DNA of 64,000 bases from a bacterium (GTDB taxonomy: Bacteria > UBA4055). The DNA lies in contig JAKQBN010000055.1 of NCBI GenBank assembly GCA_029559475.1, positions 92,031 to 156,030 of the forward strand. Reading direction: 5' to 3'. The position numbers were made by a program, and so were the translations under genes. Under the pieces are notes generated by a model. That model had not been told where the DNA came from and did no database searches. It saw only the letters and a program-made list of their open reading frames with translations. Shown piece after piece: positions 59,498 through 64,000 of this stretch. The stretch's first letter is position 1. Each line of letters opens with the position of its first letter.

Positions 59498-60232
59498 ATG
59501 AAGTATCTGATATTCTTTGTCGTCTTAGCTGCAGCTGCGACCCAAAGTCTTTTTTCGCAATTCGGTGTAGACGCGGAAACAGGCATACTCGCTACCACTT
59601 ACAATAACGTGAGAATAGCCGGATATACGGGAACAAAGTTCTCGCTCTGCGACGATCTGGAGGATGATCCCGTTTTCTTTTACCGTATCAGGCTTAATTA
59701 CCTTTTAAAAGAAAAACACTTCTTTTCTCTCCTATACGCGCCTCTGACAATTAAGTCAGAAGGTTCTCTTGATAGAAACATTTATTTTATGGAAACATCA
59801 TATCCGGCCGGAACTGAGCTGGACGCCAGCTTCAGATTCAATTCATACAGGCTGACCTACCGCTATGAATGGATAAACAGTGAAAATATAGAATTCGGAA
59901 TAGGCTTTACCGCAAAGATAAGAGATGCGGAGATCAAACTTAAGAGCGAACATATCTCCAGAAGCAAAAAGAATGTCGGTTTCGTGCCTATCATCAATTT
60001 CAGGTTCCTCTGGAAGATCACAGATAAGATCGGATTTCTTACAGAAGGTGACGCTCTCGCTGCTCCTCAGGGCCGTGCTGAAGATGTTCTTGCCGCAGTT
60101 ACTTACAGAACCGGAGATCATCTGACCGTCAAGGGCGGCTACAGGATCCTTGAAGGCGGCGCTGACAACGATGAAGTATATACTTTCTCGCTTATAAATT
60201 ACGCTGTACTGGGATTTATATACAATTTCTGA
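59498..60232 (+). CDS. outer-membrane beta-barrel protein (OmpA-like barrel family, putative)
   Basis: Signal peptide MKYLIFFVVLAAAATQSLFSQ, alternating amphipathic beta-strands, and a C-terminal aromatic residue (..IYNF). Confidence 0.55.
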   Translation: MKYLIFFVVLAAAATQSLFSQFGVDAETGILATTYNNVRIAGYTGTKFSLCDDLEDDPVFFYRIRLNYLLKEKHFFSLLYAPLTIKSEGSLDRNIYFMETSYPAGTELDASFRFNSYRLTYRYEWINSENIEFGIGFTAKIRDAEIKLKSEHISRSKKNVGFVPIINFRFLWKITDKIGFLTEGDALAAPQGRAEDVLAAVTYRTGDHLTVKGGYRILEGGADNDEVYTFSLINYAVLGFIYNF

Positions 60233-60255
60233 ACATAATTAACACGGAGCGTAAA

Positions 60256-61350
60256 TTGAAAAAATATTTAATTATGCTGATCCTTTTGAGTTTAATAGCA
60301 GCATCCGGAAGTGCAATTGTCACAAAAAACGAAATTAAGGCAGGTCTGTCCGGAACAGCCAGTTTCGACCTGCCGGGAGACCGTTCCGGTTATCTAAGCT
60401 TTAACTCGCCGGAATTATCGTATCAGTTCGAACTTAAACTGAATAATAATTTTTTCTTTTTAGTTAATGCTAAAGCCGGTTACTTCAGAAATCCCGATAA
60501 AAGAGCTGAATTCAGTTCCTTCGAGTGGCTAAATTTTTCTGTACTAAGATGGCCTGAACAAGATACAGACAGGTTTAGCTTTGAAGCAGCACCCGGACTG
60601 AAGGCGAGATTCGGTGATTTTTCTGCCGGTTTTCATTTCAGACACATTTATGACCATGAAATATGGTATGCGGCGATAGACGAAACAACTCCCTTATATC
60701 CTGCAGGTACAGGAAGAACTCTTGATGTCATAACGGATTATGAATACTTTGATTACGGTTTTAATCTCAGCTATGGAAAAGATAATTATTTTATTGAAGC
60801 ATATTTAAAGGACAGGTACAAGAGCGATTACGATACAGATTTTGAAAACAGCGACAAAAAAGAAACAAAACAGGATAAACCTAATTCTACTGAGCGCACC
60901 GATTATCCTTTTATTTACGGGATAAGAGGGTCATATTCGATGCGTGTCAGCGAAAATTCAGAAATGAACGCTTCGGTGATGTTCGAAATGTTCGAAGACA
61001 ACAGTGACAATTATAATAACAAGCTCGACACGGGATTAAATTACACAGCATCATTAAGCCCCGTTTTCAGTTTTTCGCTTGGCGGTACATACGAGCAGTA
61101 CTTCTATCAGTATGGCAAAGTAACTTTCCCTGAAAATGCCGATCCTGAAGATCCTGAACTTGAAGTATTAGAAGGAGAAGATTCTTTTACCTGTGTAAAA
61201 ACGTTTGGTAATATCACATATACACCGTTTACCAATTTTGATGTATATTTATACTCAGGCTATGATGCATATTTTAATACCGATGATATTTCCGACAAAA
61301 TAAGTATCGGTCTCGGATGCGATTACACATTTGATTTTGCATCTCGATAA
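60256..61350 (+). CDS. hypothetical exported/outer-membrane protein
   Basis: Signal peptide MKKYLIMLILLSLIAASGSA. Y/F/D-rich strand pattern. Confidence 0.45.
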   Translation: MKKYLIMLILLSLIAASGSAIVTKNEIKAGLSGTASFDLPGDRSGYLSFNSPELSYQFELKLNNNFFFLVNAKAGYFRNPDKRAEFSSFEWLNFSVLRWPEQDTDRFSFEAAPGLKARFGDFSAGFHFRHIYDHEIWYAAIDETTPLYPAGTGRTLDVITDYEYFDYGFNLSYGKDNYFIEAYLKDRYKSDYDTDFENSDKKETKQDKPNSTERTDYPFIYGIRGSYSMRVSENSEMNASVMFEMFEDNSDNYNNKLDTGLNYTASLSPVFSFSLGGTYEQYFYQYGKVTFPENADPEDPELEVLEGEDSFTCVKTFGNITYTPFTNFDVYLYSGYDAYFNTDDISDKISIGLGCDYTFDFASR

Positions 61351-61372
61351 TTTCTTACTTAATACTCTCTAT

Positions 61373-61400
61373 CAGCTTCAATCCGGCTTTATCCATTTTC
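61373..61400 (-). repeat. 28-bp direct repeat copy 1: remnant 3' end of an ORF6N-type gene (encodes ...KMDKAGLKLIESIK*)
   Basis: cagcttcaatccggctttatccattttc matches cagcttcaaaccagctttatccattttc at 62004-62031 with 2 mismatches. That copy is the 3' end of the gene at 61983-62957. Confidence 0.65.
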
Positions 61401-61414
61401 TGCCTGATCACTTA

Positions 61415-61785
61415 TCAACTGCCCATGTGTGCTTCGAGCCAGTCCAGTGTACGTCTGACGGTCTCCTGTCGGCATAGACTTAGAGCGTGATCGCCATCCG
61501 GGAACTCATACCATTCAACAGTCGGTACGGCTTCTATTAAAGGCGGATAATGGTGTGTCGGAAAAATATCGTCTTTTCTGCCGGTCAGCATAAGTATTGG
61601 ACGGTTTAAGAGGTGCTCCCCTACCGATTCTATCGAAGGAAGCGCTTCATACTGCAATTTCAGCTCCTCGCCTGACACGCCGTAGGGCGCGGTCCCTGCC
61701 CTGATGCCCTATAAAATCCGCCGAGGATCTTACAGCCTTTGGAAGTAAGTGTAATTCCATCAAGTCCGGCTTCATATATGCTCAT
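61415..61785 (-). pseudogene. alpha/beta-hydrolase (dienelactone-hydrolase-like) pseudogene: N-terminal and C-terminal fragments joined by an internal deletion and frameshift. The patch is GC-rich.
   Basis: N-fragment MSIYEAGLDGITLTSKGCKILGGFYRASGQGPRPTA (61785 downward) runs into a stop. The -1 frame continues GIRAGTAPYGVSGEELKLQ...PILMLTGRKDDIFP...FPDGDHAL, a C-terminal His region. The nucleophile-elbow segment is missing. Local GC is markedly higher than the flanks. Confidence 0.6.
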
Positions 61786-61982
61786 ATTGTTCCCTTCCTT
61801 TTTACTCTTAGCAATTTGTTATAGGGTTAGTTTAATTCATCTGTTCTTCCATTAACCGGAATTTACTCTTTACACTGTTTAAAATCAAGAGTTTTACAAA
61901 CATTCTACTTAAGACCTCGACAATGCTGCTTAATTACCTTTCTTCAATCACTCAATCCGAATTTAAATAACATACCGTACAA

Positions 61983-62957
61983 TTAAAAGTTTATCTTATC
62001 CAACAGCTTCAAACCAGCTTTATCCATTTTCGTGAATCCGAACAGCTTTCTACCCAAATCCTTCAACGATGCCCCGAAGTGGTAAACAATCTCACCGTCA
62101 ATAATAATAAACCTGTCGTGAATATCCTTTGTCTCTTTGACCTCGATCGGAAAATACTGTTCACCAAACTTCTTTAAATCGAGCCTGAACTGATCTGATA
62201 TCGATTTCGTAACGATCCTAACCTGCACACCCTTCTTTATTTTCGTCAGATGAATCAGCACTGTATCATCAACATAATTATCTAGGATAACGATAGATCT
62301 TTCCGCGCTTCTGAACAGATCGGAAACGAACTTGTATGCATCGAAAATCTGACCTTCAAAGAATATTCCCTGCTCCGGTACGCTATTCTTACTTTCCATG
62401 ATCTCAAAAACCTGATCGATCCTCTTGTCGGTTTCTATCTGCTTCAACTCTACCTTGTCCAGCCTCTGAAATATCAGCCCGTTAATCTGAATGAATTTCC
62501 GCATTGCTACAAATGCATTAATGATCCTGATACTTGTTTGTATTGCTGTTGAGCTTCTTAATACCGCGGAAAGCATAGAGACACCCTGTTCTGTGAAAGC
62601 ATAAGGCAAATACGTCCTTCCTCCTTTTATCATCTTTATTGAATTATGCTTTGCCAATATCGAGGTCACAATTTGTGACCTCGATATTAAACTTTCATTT
62701 TTTTCGTGATCGATAGATAAGACCAATATTTCATATTCTTCATATGATAATTGAAAACAGAAATTTTCGGGAAACCTTTCAAAATTTCTTTTAACAGCCT
62801 GATTCAGAACTTTCGTCTCTACCCCATACAACTCAGCCAGATCTCTGTCCAGCATCACCTGAAATCCCCTTACAGAAAATATCCTGTCCCTTATACTCTC
62901 CTCGAACTTCACTAACTCACCTTTCGACATACGCACTCCGCCATTACTTTTACGCAA
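61983..62957 (-). CDS. ORF6N-domain (KilA-N/Bro-N-like DNA-binding) protein
   Basis: N-terminal RGFQVMLDRDLAELYGVETKVLNQAVKRNFERFPENFCFQL is the ORF6N signature. ~320 aa. Its 3' end is duplicated at 61373-61400. Confidence 0.65.
   Translation of the reverse strand: MRKSNGGVRMSKGELVKFEESIRDRIFSVRGFQVMLDRDLAELYGVETKVLNQAVKRNFERFPENFCFQLSYEEYEILVLSIDHEKNESLISRSQIVTSILAKHNSIKMIKGGRTYLPYAFTEQGVSMLSAVLRSSTAIQTSIRIINAFVAMRKFIQINGLIFQRLDKVELKQIETDKRIDQVFEIMESKNSVPEQGIFFEGQIFDAYKFVSDLFRSAERSIVILDNYVDDTVLIHLTKIKKGVQVRIVTKSISDQFRLDLKKFGEQYFPIEVKETKDIHDRFIIIDGEIVYHFGASLKDLGRKLFGFTKMDKAGLKLLDKINF
62004..62031 (-). repeat. 28-bp direct repeat copy 2 (3' end of the ORF6N-domain gene)
   Basis: See copy 1 at 61373-61400. 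Confidence 0.65.
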
Positions 62958-63045
62958 TATACGAAAAGATGGCGTTCATCTAATGACACTCATCTATTTT
63001 TTATAAAAATATTCTAAAAATTAATAAATAAAGATCAGATCATAT

Positions 63046-63936
63046 TTAATCAGATTTGCTCTTAAACAGCATGAACTCGGAAATAGCCACAGATGACTTC
63101 CAATCATCAGGAACATCTGCTTCCCAGTGCGCCTCCAGCAGCCTTACTTTGACAAATCGCCCCCGGGAAGGACTGATTTCAAATACCGTCGGTTCAGCTC
63201 TGTCAATATATGTGCAGACCTGTCCGCCGGCTGTTTTGAAACACATCGGCGAAGGACCTTCAACTTCACCAGTCTCAACCTCCTGCCATGGACCGACGGA
63301 AGACTCACTCACTGCGACTCCGAGCCTTCGCACAGAATTATTACCTCCGCCTGTACCGCGATTGTCAGTATGCGGCGCGAATACTACGATACGGTCAAAT
63401 ATCACAGAATTACCAAGATCGATAACCGCTTCGGGCACCGTACCCGTTAGCGGAGCTGCCCAGGACTTAAATCCGTCACCGTCAATAAGAGCTTCACTTC
63501 CCTGCTTTGCGGAATCAGGCAGTACCGAAATTATCGTACTCCCCGCACATAAATTCTGACTCCATTCAGTAGGCTGAACAAAATGAAAATCCTCAGGCTT
63601 CGGCTGAAGCTGAACGATCCGTGCTTCGATCTCATCAATCGAAAGTTCGTTTGAAGCTTCATTGTCAATTGATGTCATATTACCTCCTTCTTTACTGATA
63701 ATCAGCAATGCTAAATACGGTATAGCGAAGAAAACGATTATCATTATTTTAAAGATTCCGAGAAAACCGTACATAACAAGACTTATCTGTTCTCTATTCA
63801 GCTCAGGAAAGAAAATCTTCTGACTTTTTATTACAAGCTCCGGAGCCGATTTCCAAGCAAGAGTTATAAAAATCATCAGCCCGAAACCAATAACGGTTCC
63901 CCACAAAAAGAATTCTCTGAGTATGCTTAAATCCAT
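63046..63936 (-). CDS. membrane-anchored protein with a C-terminal F5/8 type C (discoidin)-like domain
   Basis: Two N-terminal TM helices (AT-rich coding). C-terminal EALIDGDGFKSWAAP...VIDLGNSVIFDRIVVF...GRFVKVRLLEAHWE...AISEFMLF fits the discoidin-domain pattern. That part is encoded in GC-rich DNA. Confidence 0.5.
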   Translation of the reverse strand: MDLSILREFFLWGTVIGFGLMIFITLAWKSAPELVIKSQKIFFPELNREQISLVMYGFLGIFKIMIIVFFAIPYLALLIISKEGGNMTSIDNEASNELSIDEIEARIVQLQPKPEDFHFVQPTEWSQNLCAGSTIISVLPDSAKQGSEALIDGDGFKSWAAPLTGTVPEAVIDLGNSVIFDRIVVFAPHTDNRGTGGGNNSVRRLGVAVSESSVGPWQEVETGEVEGPSPMCFKTAGGQVCTYIDRAEPTVFEISPSRGRFVKVRLLEAHWEADVPDDWKSSVAISEFMLFKSKSD

Positions 63937-64000
63937 AATATCCTCCGCTTATTTATTGTAATATACAAAATTTATCGACAATTTCACAATTCAACCTCAG

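Overview
This is an AT-rich (~35-40% GC by eye), gene-dense bacterial window. The gene content and operon layouts look like the FCB group (Bacteroidota-like). The clearest pointer is a Bacteroidetes-style V-type ATPase operon that carries a DUF2764 gene.

Housekeeping content along the window:
- A galE fragment, then YkgJ, an amidohydrolase and queF.
- A four-gene MacAB-like ABC exporter with its membrane fusion protein (MFP).
- A DUF1015 protein, YaiI and RlmI.
- MutS2, alr, mnmE, an aminotransferase, an EF-G paralog translationally coupled to a DegT-family aminotransferase, an MFS transporter, TldD/PmbA, and the seven-gene V-ATPase operon.

Accessory region (~11.5-28.5 kb):
- A Type I restriction-modification (R-M) locus arranged hsdR-hsdM-[DUF1016/YhcG-like PD-(D/E)XK protein]-[283-aa ORFan]-hsdS.
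- hsdS lacks its C-terminal conserved region and stops exactly at the left terminus of an IS21-family element (istA/istB).
- The other end of the IS supplies the last codons of a convergent secreted lipase gene. Together these point to an IS-associated deletion.
- Two tandem paralogous HTH + TPR proteins with duplicated 3' flanks, and a VWA-domain lipoprotein.

Other notable items:
- A 6.1-kb gene for a 2022-aa secreted protein built as GLUG repeats plus three blocks of seven FG-GAP repeats separated by FN3 domains.
- At the 3' end (61.36-63.7 kb), a compositionally foreign GC-rich patch. It holds an internally deleted alpha/beta-hydrolase pseudogene flanked by a duplicated 3' end of an ORF6N-domain gene, and a membrane protein whose discoidin-like domain is GC-rich while its TM region is AT-rich.
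- No rRNA, tRNA or CRISPR arrays were recognised. All coordinates derived by hand carry about +/-2 nt uncertainty.
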